Shown: in pieces, positions 1 to 9,098 of the stretch
Position numbering within the stretch: the first letter of the stretch is position 1
How the letters are laid out: every line of letters begins with the position of its first letter
From: Candidatus Iainarchaeum sp.
GTDB lineage: Archaea > Iainarchaeota > Iainarchaeia > Iainarchaeales > 0-14-0-20-30-16
Assembly: GCA_028710695.1 (NCBI GenBank)
Contig: JAQTTP010000002.1
Location: 30,001 to 62,000, forward strand
DNA length: 32,000 nt
Direction: 5' to 3'
Notes under the pieces: model-generated
What the model was told of the DNA's origin: nothing
Database searches by the model: none
What the model saw: only the letters and a program-made list of their open reading frames with translations
Program-made: the position numbers and the translations under genes

Positions 1-176
1 GCAATATTTGCTTTTTCGATACAAAAAGAATATTTTCCATCTTTTGTAAAATAATCATCCGTGCTATACACATATTTTGATAGAGTTTTTGCATAAGTGG
101 TTTTTCCGCTTCCAGATACTCCACGCATAATTAGTAAATCTTTATTTTTTTCGCCTTTATAGATAAGTTGTCTCAT
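1..176 (-). CDS. P-loop ATPase/kinase, N4BP2-like / polynucleotide kinase-like (partial, runs off window start)
   Basis: Absent from ORF track. Minus strand translates as MRQLIYKGEKNKDLLIMRGVSGSGKTTYAKTLSKYVYSTDDYFTKDGKYSFCIEKANI..., with Walker A GVSGSGKTT followed by STDDYF, typical of N4BP2-like ATPases. Confidence 0.8.
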   Translation of the reverse strand, partial: MRQLIYKGEKNKDLLIMRGVSGSGKTTYAKTLSKYVYSTDDYFTKDGKYSFCIEKANI

Positions 177-194
177 GTAAATCACTCTTCTTGT

Positions 195-503
195 CTAAGC
201 CTTATTATTAGCATATGACTTTTCTTTTATTACTACATATGAACAACACTTACTTTTTTTAATTATTCGGTGGAATTCATTTTTTTCTATCATTAATAAA
301 TCCAATTTTTTTAAGGCCATATTTTTAGAACCAACTTCCAAAGTAAGAGACCCTTTTAAAACCAAGAAGTATTCTGCAAAATCTTTATGACTATGCTGAT
401 CTTCAATTTTTAATGGCCTATTCTCAGAGTATTTTATTTGCAAAGGAGAGTTATTCCAATGCCCACAAAACCAGCCATCTTGATTTACAATATATTTCTT
501 CAT
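195..503 (-). CDS. Small cupin-fold protein
   Basis: 102 aa with cupin-like stretch EDQHSHKDFAEYFLVLKGSLTLEVGSKNMALKKLDLLMIEKNEFHRI. Confidence 0.6.
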   Translation of the reverse strand: MKKYIVNQDGWFCGHWNNSPLQIKYSENRPLKIEDQHSHKDFAEYFLVLKGSLTLEVGSKNMALKKLDLLMIEKNEFHRIIKKSKCCSYVVIKEKSYANNKA

Positions 504-511
504 AACAAGAC

Positions 512-1321
512 CTATTTTCTAAAATAAATCCCTAAGTCATATCTCTTCATTAATTTCCAACCTGCCTGTTTTGCTCTTTCTATTGTTGCGCTTGTAAGAT
601 CTTTTCCTCTAAACTTATTTCCAGGATTTCCAGTATAGTGAAATAGAATACAACCCTCTTCTGCAAGCCCATACAAATCAGCATAGAATTCTTTTGTATA
701 CAATTCTGGTGCGAATTTGAATGTTGGGGGATCATGCAAAATTTTTGTAAATTTTTCTTTTGATTTTTTTGCATAGTTAGTAGCATCATCAGTTATGATT
801 TTTACATTTTCTTTTTTTAGTAATTCTTTTGTGTATGGATTATATGTCATTAATTCCAAAACTTCTTTGCTTTTTTCTATACTCACAACGTTCTTTGCTT
901 TTTCCGCAAGCAAAAGAGTTTTGTATCCTGCGCCAGTACAAATTTCCAACACATCATCATATGTGCTTACTTCTAAACTATCCATCACGTTTTCATTGTA
1001 AGCATCAATCCCAAGATCTTTGGAAACATTCATTTTTACTGCGTTTATGTATAAGATTGGCTTGTTTTCATTCTTGTCTTTCCTTAGCGAGAAAATTCCA
1101 TTTTCATTTGAGATTTGTAGCTTTACTCCTTCTTTCTTTTTCTCATCATAGAATACAATATCTTCATTTCTTATTTTTGGGCATTTGTCTAATAGGGCTT
1201 CAAATTTGTCTATTGGCCAAGTAGTCTTTGATATCCCTAAATCAAAAGTAGTTTCAAAAGTAGTTTTGTTTTCTTTTTTAGCAATTAGATAATCCTGTAT
1301 GGTTTCCAAAGTTAAGTACAT
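512..1321 (-). CDS. SAM-dependent methyltransferase-like protein
   Basis: VLEICTGAGYKTLLLAEKAKNVVSIEKSKEVLEL (motif I/II of Rossmann MTase) and ILHDPPTFKFAPELY (DPP motif IV-like). Confidence 0.7.
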   Translation of the reverse strand: MYLTLETIQDYLIAKKENKTTFETTFDLGISKTTWPIDKFEALLDKCPKIRNEDIVFYDEKKKEGVKLQISNENGIFSLRKDKNENKPILYINAVKMNVSKDLGIDAYNENVMDSLEVSTYDDVLEICTGAGYKTLLLAEKAKNVVSIEKSKEVLELMTYNPYTKELLKKENVKIITDDATNYAKKSKEKFTKILHDPPTFKFAPELYTKEFYADLYGLAEEGCILFHYTGNPGNKFRGKDLTSATIERAKQAGWKLMKRYDLGIYFRK

Positions 1322-1408
1322 ATTTAATTAAAGAAAGAATAGAATAAAAAGCAAATAGGGCAAGAACAGCATTAGTTAGGATTAAAGGATACAAGAAAAT
1401 AAGGCAAA

Positions 1409-2521
1409 TTATTCCTGCTTCACAAAAGCCCCATCTTTTATTGTTTTCATTATTATTTCTTTTACTGTATCTCCATCTTCATTCATTGTTGATTTACCGC
1501 TTGCACCATCAAAATCTTTTATTTTATATAACTCGTTTTTTATACATTCTGTATCTAATTTTCCACAATTATCATATGCTAATTTTAACATATACACCAC
1601 ATCATATCCCAACGCTGATGCACCAGAAGGAACGTTACCATATTTTTCCAAAAATGAATTATTGTACTCTTTTGATTTTTTGTTAGACAAATCAAAAAAA
1701 TGAGTATATATTGCACCATCCAATTCAGGTATTTTCAAAACTTCAGATCTTTCTATTGTATAGCCTGCAAAATAATTAAATTTCATTCCAAGTTCTTCGC
1801 TTTGTTTCATCATTGCCATTGTTTGTGAAGCAGATAAAATAATAAACATATTTTTCAATTGTGCATCTTTCATTTTTAAAATAAATTCTTTGTACTCAAC
1901 ATTATCTGGCACAAATTTTTCAGCAACAATAATTTTTCCGCCCAGATTTTCATATTCTTTTTTGAACCCTTCAAAGTAACTAGTCCCAGATTGGGTGTTT
2001 AGTATAACCACGCCCAGTTCTTTTACTCCATTATTAATTAGATATTTTGAAATTACTTTTACTTCGTCCTGAACTAAAATATTATTTCTAAAAATATAAT
2101 CCCCTGCAGAACTTATTAAGGGTGAACCACCACCTGCAGAAAATACAATTACTTTATTTTGTTCCGCCAAAGGTGCAACTGACAAAACAGTATCACCATA
2201 AGAAGTTATTACTAGTTCTATTCCGTCAGTAATTAATTTATTGTACGCTTGAACCGCCCCGTTATTAGTTCCAACTGAATCTTCATAAACAACTTTTATT
2301 TTCATATTACTTTTCAAGTTTATTTCATCTACTGCCAAGTCAATACCATTTTGTATTTCTTCTCCAAAATCGCCCAAAGCACCAGTTAATGGAATTATCG
2401 CACCAATTTCCAAATTTTCTTCTTGGGCTAGTCCAAAATATGGAATTGTGTTTACTCCAATTATACACACAATTACTACAAAAACAACACCAATTGTAGA
2501 ATATAAAAATACCTTATTCAT
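1409..2521 (-). CDS. LivK-like (Peripla_BP_6) ABC substrate-binding protein
   Basis: Track ORF begins at 2587, but the signal/anchor MNKVFLYSTIGVVFVVIVCIIG suggests start at 2521. Body IGAIIPLTGALGDFGEEIQNGIDLAVDEIN is typical of this family. Confidence 0.85.
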   Translation of the reverse strand: MNKVFLYSTIGVVFVVIVCIIGVNTIPYFGLAQEENLEIGAIIPLTGALGDFGEEIQNGIDLAVDEINLKSNMKIKVVYEDSVGTNNGAVQAYNKLITDGIELVITSYGDTVLSVAPLAEQNKVIVFSAGGGSPLISSAGDYIFRNNILVQDEVKVISKYLINNGVKELGVVILNTQSGTSYFEGFKKEYENLGGKIIVAEKFVPDNVEYKEFILKMKDAQLKNMFIILSASQTMAMMKQSEELGMKFNYFAGYTIERSEVLKIPELDGAIYTHFFDLSNKKSKEYNNSFLEKYGNVPSGASALGYDVVYMLKLAYDNCGKLDTECIKNELYKIKDFDGASGKSTMNEDGDTVKEIIMKTIKDGAFVKQE

Positions 2522-2564
2522 ATTATCACCAATATACCTGGATTGGGAGAGGTACATACGTGTT

Positions 2565-2586
2565 TGTTGTGCTAGTTGCCACAACA
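2565..2586. promoter_or_regulatory. Inverted repeat in divergent TrmB/substrate-binding-protein promoter region
   Basis: TGTTGTG-CTAGTTGC-CACAACA, perfect 7-bp arms, immediately upstream of AT-rich TATA-like CTTAAATATATATTG (about 2587-2601) and start codon 2617. Confidence 0.5.
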
Positions 2587-2616
2587 CTTAAATATATATT
2601 GCACCTAATTTCCCTA

Positions 2617-3336
2617 ATGGATACAAAAATTCTGCGTGATTTGGGCCTAAGCGAGAACGAATCCAAAGTTTACATTGCTCTTCTTGGATTAGGGCTAGCG
2701 AACGCAGGAGAAGTCACAAAAAAAAGTGAGGTAAATAGAACAAATGTTTATGACGCTTTAGAAAGGCTTATTGACAAAGGCTTAGTAACTTATATTAAAA
2801 AAGACAAAAAGAAATTTTTCGAGCCTGTGAACCCAACGAGACTAAAAGATCTTTTAAAAGAAAAAGAAGAAGACCTAGATTCTATTCTTCCAGAACTTAT
2901 TGACAAATTTAGTTCAAGCAAGCCAAAAGAATTTGCAACAATTTACAAAGGAAAAAGAGCGATAAAAACCGCCTTCGAAGAAATTCTTAAAGAAAAAAAA
3001 GAGATTTTTGCATATGGGGCCCAAACTCATTTCATTAGATTGTTTCCAGTTTACCAAAGAATTTGGAACCTAAAAAGAGCAGAACTTGGAATAAAAGTAA
3101 ATATGATTTACAACGAAAAAGTAAGAGAATCTGTAAATAGTTATAATAGAAAACTCATTGAGATGAAATTCCTTCCAAAGAAATATGATTTTCCATCAAC
3201 TGTTTTAATTTATGGAAACAAAACAATGACATTCATTTGGACTGAACAGCCAATGGCAATATCAATTACAAGTGAAGAAGTTTACAAAAGTAACAAGAAC
3301 TTCTTTGACATTCTTTGGAAGATTGCCAAGAAATAA
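2617..3336 (+). CDS. TrmB-family transcriptional regulator
   Basis: Start ATG 2617 (MDTKILRDLGLSENESKVYIALLGLGLANAGEVTKKSEVNRTNVYDALERLIDKGLV), TrmB winged HTH. C-terminal domain similar in layout to the protein at 8319-9056. Confidence 0.85.
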   Translation: MDTKILRDLGLSENESKVYIALLGLGLANAGEVTKKSEVNRTNVYDALERLIDKGLVTYIKKDKKKFFEPVNPTRLKDLLKEKEEDLDSILPELIDKFSSSKPKEFATIYKGKRAIKTAFEEILKEKKEIFAYGAQTHFIRLFPVYQRIWNLKRAELGIKVNMIYNEKVRESVNSYNRKLIEMKFLPKKYDFPSTVLIYGNKTMTFIWTEQPMAISITSEEVYKSNKNFFDILWKIAKK

Positions 3337-3364
3337 CATTATAAACTATCCCAATATTATTTAT

Positions 3365-3844
3365 TTGGAGAGGATTTTTATAAAACTAAACAGCGGATTC
3401 TTTTTTGGACTAACTTCAGGAGTTATAACAACTCTTGGCTTAATTATGGGTTTATACTCCGCCACTTTATCTTTAAAAGTTATATTAATTGGAATAATTA
3501 CAATTGCAATTGCAGATGCACTTTCTGATTCTTTAGGAATCCACTTAGCAAAAGAATCAGAGAATAAAAAACACAACATAGTCTGGAAGGAAACTTTTAG
3601 TACATTTTTTTCTAAGCTCATAGTTGCTGGCTCTTTTATTATCCCATACCTATTATTTTCACTAAACATCGCCACAGTTATTGCAATCGTTTGGGGAATG
3701 GTTATTCTTATTATCGGAAATATTATTATTTCAAAAATTAGAAAAGAATCTGCGATTAAATTAATTTTTGAACATTTAGTTTTTGCGATAATTGTATTAA
3801 TTGTCACTTATGGAGTTGGCTATTTGCTTTCAATTTTATTTTAG
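3365..3844 (+). CDS. VIT1/CCC1-like integral membrane protein; N-terminus uncertain
   Basis: GVITTLGLIMGLYSATLSLKVILIGIITIAIADALSDSLGIHLAKESENKK, several TM segments. Track start 3272 overlaps the preceding gene; TTG 3365 is one possible start. Confidence 0.55.
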   Translation: MERIFIKLNSGFFFGLTSGVITTLGLIMGLYSATLSLKVILIGIITIAIADALSDSLGIHLAKESENKKHNIVWKETFSTFFSKLIVAGSFIIPYLLFSLNIATVIAIVWGMVILIIGNIIISKIRKESAIKLIFEHLVFAIIVLIVTYGVGYLLSILF

Positions 3845-3854
3845 GAGGAATTCG

Positions 3855-4364
3855 ATGAAAAAGATTTTAATAACTATATTTTTGCTTTGTATTGCACTTC
3901 TTATTTTTTCAGGATGTGTAGCAGAAGACAAAAAAGATGATGACACAAACAAACTAGCTGGCACAGATTTACAAGACAACACAGCACCAGAGCAAAATAC
4001 AGATTTACAAACAGACAACAGCGATAATTCTGGCACAGAAGATAACACAAATTTAGAAACAGAAAACTCAACTACAAGTGACACTATGACATATTGTATA
4101 ATCCAATACGCACCAACAATAAAACAAGAATTTTGGTTGTATAAAGATTCTGCAAGAATGTACACACAAGGAGAAAATGGAGTCTTTACTGATAAAATAA
4201 TCAATAAAGAAACAAATTGTACAAAAGACGAAAAAGGAACTCATGCCTGCTTCCCAATGACTGAAGATTTTGAACAGACAAAAGAAGGTTGGCTTACTTT
4301 AGGACAAATGTCCGGAACTTGTACGTCAGATGATTATGATGCAAGTGTATTTAAGTTCGAATAG
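3855..4364 (+). CDS. Small lipoprotein, Thr/Asp/Asn-rich linker
   Basis: SD-like AGGAGG followed by ATG 3855; MKKILITIFLLCIALLIFSGCVAED has a lipobox; low-complexity linker then a folded C-terminal region with 4 Cys. Confidence 0.75.
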   Translation: MKKILITIFLLCIALLIFSGCVAEDKKDDDTNKLAGTDLQDNTAPEQNTDLQTDNSDNSGTEDNTNLETENSTTSDTMTYCIIQYAPTIKQEFWLYKDSARMYTQGENGVFTDKIINKETNCTKDEKGTHACFPMTEDFEQTKEGWLTLGQMSGTCTSDDYDASVFKFE

Positions 4365-4367
4365 GCA

Positions 4368-4712
4368 TTATAGCCTATTATTTTCTTCTTTTTTATTTTC
4401 AAATCTTTTGAATATGTTTTCCTTAACCATATTGAATGCTTCTTCTATATCAATATCCAACTGGTTTGCTAGCCTGCAAGTTCCAAAGAATAAATCTCCA
4501 ATTCCATCCTTAAATGCTTCTTTCCGTTCTTGAATTATTTTTATTCTTTCTTCCTCGCTTTTATATCTTAAAAGCTGAGACATTTCAATCAATTCTTCGT
4601 GCAAGTGATCAAATTTATCTACATTAGGGGTATCTTTCCAGCCATTTCTTTCAGCAAAGTATTTCACTGCTTTTTGCGCATCCTTCATAGTAGTAACTCT
4701 TTCTTGTTCCAT
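4368..4712 (-). CDS. MazG-like nucleotide pyrophosphohydrolase family protein
   Basis: Helical 114 aa with AVKYFAERNGW, HLHEELIEMSQLLRY and DGIGDLFFGTCRLANQLDIDIEEAFNMVKENIFKR. Confidence 0.65.
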   Translation of the reverse strand: MEQERVTTMKDAQKAVKYFAERNGWKDTPNVDKFDHLHEELIEMSQLLRYKSEEERIKIIQERKEAFKDGIGDLFFGTCRLANQLDIDIEEAFNMVKENIFKRFENKKEENNRL

Positions 4713-4776
4713 AATATATTACCTAAAGCACAATGTTTTTAATCTATTGGACATATAATTAAACTAAGGGATAACT

Positions 4777-5172
4777 ATGAAAGTTGCAATTATATTGGAT
4801 GACAGTTTAGGACCCGGATTATTGGCTAATTCTTCTGCCTGTATTGCTTCTGGCCTTTTCAATGGCGTAGAAAACGTATTAGGCCCAGAAATAGAAGGCT
4901 ATTTTTTTAAATATATCCCAATAACAAAAATTCCAATTCTAATAATGAAACAGCACAACAGGACTTGGCCAGAATTACTTAAACGTGCTAAAAAATTTAA
5001 ATTAAAATATATGGTTTTTACTCAAGAAGGCCAATCAACTACAAACTACGAAGAATACATAGAAAGAGTAAAAGGAAAGCCAATCGAAGAAGTCAAAGTT
5101 ATAGGTATAGGTGCAATAGGCGAAGATAATGATATACAACGATTCTGCGGAGATCTGCCTTTACTTAGATAA
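4777..5172 (+). CDS. DUF2000-family protein
   Basis: MKVAIILDDSLGPGLLANSSACIASGLF...VENVLGPEIEG pattern. Confidence 0.65.
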   Translation: MKVAIILDDSLGPGLLANSSACIASGLFNGVENVLGPEIEGYFFKYIPITKIPILIMKQHNRTWPELLKRAKKFKLKYMVFTQEGQSTTNYEEYIERVKGKPIEEVKVIGIGAIGEDNDIQRFCGDLPLLR

Positions 5173-5706
5173 GTTACCAATATAACAAAAGGGAATCCAG
5201 GTAACCAAGATCTTTTTTAATTCTTTTATAATTATTAAGTTTGTTTTCTTAATTCCATTTTCGTTAGTAATACAAAATGTACAAGCCCCTTTTTTTGCAA
5301 TTTCTGCGGCATTCTGTGTATTTTTTGCAGAAACAAATACTAAATCAGTTGGCTTAATAAGTTGTTGTAATATTGGAATTGTTGCGCAAAAATTATTCTG
5401 TTTTTGCAAGCCATTTTTTGCAAGATATATTGGCGGATTCTGTAATGAAAACTTTAAGTCCACTTGCGTTTTCCATTTTGGGTCGTGTTCTAATTTTATA
5501 CAAAGTGGATTAATATGCGGCAACAGAACAAGCGAATTCTTCTCTTTCTTCGCAAGTTTTTCCAATTCGGGGTAAGAGCTTACATAAACTATTTCCGCAT
5601 TTTTTTTGAATATGTTTTTTACAAAGTATTGGCAAGCAATATCAGTACAAGTTCCTTGCTCAAGAGAAATTATTTTTACTTTTTCTCCAATACAGTCCAT
5701 ATCCAT
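5161..5706 (-). CDS. Prephenate-dehydratase-like / BacA-like fold protein, tentative
   Basis: LEQGTCTDIACQYF...VYVSSYPELEKLAKKEKNSLVLLPHINP resembles type-2 periplasmic-like domain proteins. Immediately downstream of the ABC operon. Confidence 0.3.
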   Translation of the reverse strand: MDMDCIGEKVKIISLEQGTCTDIACQYFVKNIFKKNAEIVYVSSYPELEKLAKKEKNSLVLLPHINPLCIKLEHDPKWKTQVDLKFSLQNPPIYLAKNGLQKQNNFCATIPILQQLIKPTDLVFVSAKNTQNAAEIAKKGACTFCITNENGIKKTNLIIIKELKKILVTWIPFCYIGNLSK

Positions 5707-5742
5707 ATTAAGTAGAGTTTTATTTTTATACCTTTTGAATAA

Positions 5743-6495
5743 CTAAATCATCTTCTTAAAAACTTCTTTCTTTATTTCTAAAAACTTTTTGCTTGTTTTT
5801 AAATTCTGTGTTCTTAATTTGGGCAACTTAACATCAATCTCATGATAAATGCCTTGCGAAGTCATTAACAAAATTCTATCTGAAAAAAATACAGCATCAT
5901 CTATTGAATGCGTAATTAGTATTGCGCTCTTTTTCTCATCACAAATTATTTTATACAAATCATCTTCCAACTTATTCTTTGCATAGTAATCTAATGCACT
6001 AAAAGGTTCATCTAACAATAAAATTTCTGAACCAGAAATAAATGCCCTTGCAACCGCAACTCTTTGTTTTTGACCCCCAGAAAGTTGCATAGGCAATCTA
6101 TCTTTTAAGCTAAGCAAATCAAACAACCTCAAATTTTCATTTATTTGCGTTCTCATTATTTCTTTATCTAATTTTTTTGAAACCAACCCCAAAGCAACAT
6201 TTCCAAAAACAGTTTTCCAATCTAGCAAACTATATTCTTGAAAAACAAAAGCACAAAAGTTGTTCTTCAAATCAGCCGAATAAATTATTTCCCCCACGTC
6301 CTGTTTTAAGAGCCCTGCAATAACATTAAACAAAGTCGTTTTCCCACAACCATTCTTTCCAAGTATAGACACGATTTCATTCTTATTCAATTCAAAAGAT
6401 ATGTTTTCAAAGACATTATTTTTTTCCGCATCTTTGTGGCTATAACCCAGCCCATTTACAGTAAGATAATTTGATTTACCAGGCATGTGAAACAC
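5743..6495 (-). CDS. ABC transporter ATP-binding protein (SsuB/TauB-like)
   Basis: Walker A GKNGCGKTT, signature LSGGQKQRVAVARAF, Walker B ILLLDEPFSALD. Confidence 0.95.
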   Translation of the reverse strand: MFHMPGKSNYLTVNGLGYSHKDAEKNNVFENISFELNKNEIVSILGKNGCGKTTLFNVIAGLLKQDVGEIIYSADLKNNFCAFVFQEYSLLDWKTVFGNVALGLVSKKLDKEIMRTQINENLRLFDLLSLKDRLPMQLSGGQKQRVAVARAFISGSEILLLDEPFSALDYYAKNKLEDDLYKIICDEKKSAILITHSIDDAVFFSDRILLMTSQGIYHEIDVKLPKLRTQNLKTSKKFLEIKKEVFKKMI

Positions 6496-7234
6496 TTCTC
6501 CAGTAAATTACCTTTTTTTCTATTAATGACAATATTTTACTTAATAAAAATCCAACAAGCCCAATAAACAACATTGTGGCAATAACCAAGTCAGTATTCA
6601 TCAAGGACCTATTTACTTCTATTAAATAACCTAAACCAAAATTTGCAGATATCATTTCTGCCGCAATTACAACCATCCAACTTAACCCTAAGCTTACCCT
6701 ACTACCGACAAAAGTATATGGCAAAACAAATGGCAAAATAACATGATAAAATCTTTGCATCTTTGTTAAAGATAGATTTTTACTAACGCAAGAATATATT
6801 TTTGGCAATGATTTAACTCCAAAAAAAGTATTTGTAAACACAGGAAAGAATGCTGCAATGAAAATAATAAATACAGATGAAGAATCACCAATTCCAAACC
6901 AAAGTATTGCCAAAGGAATCCATGCAATTGGAGGGATGGGCCTAAATAGTTCTAATATTGGATTTATGTAATCACCCAACTTACTAAGCCCAACAATAAC
7001 CCCTACTACAAAACCAATAATTAGCCCACACAAAAAACCAAATACAACTCTCTTTACACTCAAAAAAATGTGCTCAAATATCTCGCCAGTAATAATTAAT
7101 TTAAAACACAAATAAATTATTTCAATTGGCCCTGGCAAAAAAAGGCTATGTGACAAAAAAGAAATTAATTGCCACAGAAATAAAAACAAAAAAATAGAAA
7201 TTATCATTTTTATGGCTTTATGCAAAAGTATCAC
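6476..7234 (-). CDS. ABC transporter permease (SsuC/TauC-like)
   Basis: Multi-TM; FRPIPPIAWIPLAILWFGIGDSSSVFIIFIAAFFPVFTNT is the BPD_transp_1 signature region. Overlaps both neighbours in the operon. Confidence 0.93.
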   Translation of the reverse strand: MILLHKAIKMIISIFLFLFLWQLISFLSHSLFLPGPIEIIYLCFKLIITGEIFEHIFLSVKRVVFGFLCGLIIGFVVGVIVGLSKLGDYINPILELFRPIPPIAWIPLAILWFGIGDSSSVFIIFIAAFFPVFTNTFFGVKSLPKIYSCVSKNLSLTKMQRFYHVILPFVLPYTFVGSRVSLGLSWMVVIAAEMISANFGLGYLIEVNRSLMNTDLVIATMLFIGLVGFLLSKILSLIEKKVIYWRSVSHAW

Positions 7235-8232
7235 TCAGGTACAAAACTCAGATCAATATGTTTATTTACGTCAACCAACTTAGTAAAAAATCCTTCATTA
7301 TACTCAAAGTCAGCCTTATACTGCATTATTGGAAGCCAGCTTTCAGGAATGTCAAAATTTATTTCTTTTAAATCCTTTGCAAAATAATTTGGTTCTACTA
7401 ATTTTATTTCTTTTATTAAATCATAATCAAAAACTGTTTCCTCTGGCGCAAGTTTAAAAATTTCGTCACTATTTTGTGAAAAATAATAAAATGATTCTTT
7501 CAAAGATTCCAAAAATAATTTTATTTCTTCCGGGTGTTTTTCTACAAAGGATTTTTTGAAAATCACAACAGCAATGTCATCCCACTTTGTAAGCACATAA
7601 GCCAATCCTTTTTTTGTGAATATAGTAGTCAGAGGTTCACCCCAAGATGATGCATCTATTTGTTTGGTTTCAAATGCAACTCCGTGATCCGAAGGTTTGA
7701 TATTCAGCAAAGTCACATCTTTCTTTGGATCTAGTCCATTATCTTGTAATAGTTTATACACCACAGGATGTGGCCCAGTAGTTACTGGCAAAGCAATCTT
7801 TTTCCCTTTCAGTTCGGAGATGGAGTTAATGTTCAAATCAGACCTTACCATCAATGAATTCTGAAAATATCCCAATCTTCCAACAATAACCCAATCATCA
7901 GATTTAGATAATAAACTTAGGGACGGAAGGATTCCCACAAATAGAACATCAACTTCCCCTACGATTGCTGCTTCAACCATTGGAGGACCATATTGAAACC
8001 CAATATATTCTATATTTAAACCATTATTTTTTACAAAATCAGTATTCTTCATTGTTATTGCAGGCAAAGCACTTTCTGCCCAGCTATTCATCCACGCCAG
8101 CCTAATTTCTGGGCCCAAATTATCATCAGAAGTCAAAGCAAATAAGGGTGTTACACTAGAAATAATAAACAGTCCAATTATCCCAAAAACACAAACTATT
8201 CCAAGAATAAGATATTTATTTTTGTTATCCAT
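7231..8232 (-). CDS. ABC substrate-binding protein (SsuA/TauA, NMT1-like)
   Basis: N-terminal anchor, GLNIEYIGFQYGPPMVEAAIVGEVDVLFVG and ISELKGKKIALPVTTGPHPVVYKLLQDNGL. Confidence 0.88.
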   Translation of the reverse strand: MDNKNKYLILGIVCVFGIIGLFIISSVTPLFALTSDDNLGPEIRLAWMNSWAESALPAITMKNTDFVKNNGLNIEYIGFQYGPPMVEAAIVGEVDVLFVGILPSLSLLSKSDDWVIVGRLGYFQNSLMVRSDLNINSISELKGKKIALPVTTGPHPVVYKLLQDNGLDPKKDVTLLNIKPSDHGVAFETKQIDASSWGEPLTTIFTKKGLAYVLTKWDDIAVVIFKKSFVEKHPEEIKLFLESLKESFYYFSQNSDEIFKLAPEETVFDYDLIKEIKLVEPNYFAKDLKEINFDIPESWLPIMQYKADFEYNEGFFTKLVDVNKHIDLSFVPE

Positions 8233-8270
8233 AATATACCTGTCTCATCGGCAGTATATATCACTGTGTG

Positions 8271-8317
8271 GTATTGTAACAACACCAAATTATAAACATT
8301 TTGATTAGATACAATAC
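8271..8317. promoter_or_regulatory. Inverted repeats around TATA of trmB-like gene
   Basis: GTATTGTA (8271-8278) ... TACAATAC (8310-8317) flank ATTATAAAC; an imperfect nested palindrome TGGTATTGTAACAACACCA overlaps the left arm. Confidence 0.45.
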
Positions 8318-8318
8318 T

Positions 8319-9056
8319 ATGGACATAGAAATACTATCAAAAATTGGGCTCTCAAAAGGAGAAATAAAAATTTATTCTATATTACTTGAACTTGGAGTAT
8401 CAAACATCACAAAGATTCATGAAAAAACAGGCATTGAACGAAGAAATATTTACGATATTTTAAATAAACTAATTGAACGAGGACTAGTAACATATATACA
8501 AGAAAATAAAAAACGACTTTTCAAAACAACTAACCCTGACAAAATCATAAGCTACATCGAAGACAAAGAAAATAGCTTACAAAAAATCAAAAAGGATGTT
8601 CAAAAACAGATTCCAGACCTTACTAAAAAGTTCAATTCTCGTCAATCTACAATAAATGGAGAAATTTTTAGGGGAAAAGAAGGAATAAAAACAATTTGGG
8701 ATGACTCTTTAAACTACAAAGAAATCTACTGGATTGGTTCTGGGCGATATGTTCCAAAAAAATACCCTGCATTCTTTGCAATGTGGAACAAAAAAAGAGT
8801 GGCAAAGGGAATAAAGCTCCATAATATCTTAAGAGAAGAAATGAGGGGAAAGATCAAGCCTTGGGTTTCAGAGAATATAAAATTCTTGCCAAAAGAATTC
8901 AGTGCAAATCCAGTAGTTATTGGAATCCACGGCAACAAGGTAGTTAATTACTCCTATGGAAAAGAGTTATTTGCTTTTGCAATAGAAAATCAAGATATCG
9001 CTGAGAGCTACAAAGCATATTTCAAATACCTTTGGAACAAAGTTGCAAAAAAGTAG
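8319..9056 (+). CDS. TrmB-family transcriptional regulator
   Basis: ATG 8319 (MDIEILSKIGLSKGEIKIYSILLELGVSNITKIHEKTGIERRNIYDILNKLIERGLV). Divergent from the ABC operon. Confidence 0.85.
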   Translation: MDIEILSKIGLSKGEIKIYSILLELGVSNITKIHEKTGIERRNIYDILNKLIERGLVTYIQENKKRLFKTTNPDKIISYIEDKENSLQKIKKDVQKQIPDLTKKFNSRQSTINGEIFRGKEGIKTIWDDSLNYKEIYWIGSGRYVPKKYPAFFAMWNKKRVAKGIKLHNILREEMRGKIKPWVSENIKFLPKEFSANPVVIGIHGNKVVNYSYGKELFAFAIENQDIAESYKAYFKYLWNKVAKK

Positions 9057-9098
9057 TCAGCCCACAATTTTATTAAATGTTTGCCAGTTTGATTTAAT

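Noticed and set aside
829-1224. 131-aa plus-strand ORF opposite the methyltransferase gene
   Set aside because: Antisense shadow of a well-supported minus-strand CDS; no domain features. The same reasoning applies to 580-789, 795-1001, 1441-1686, 3361-3807, 3836-4204, 5515-5715, 8726-8938, 11063-11302, 14218-14427, 14250-14648 and similar ORFs.
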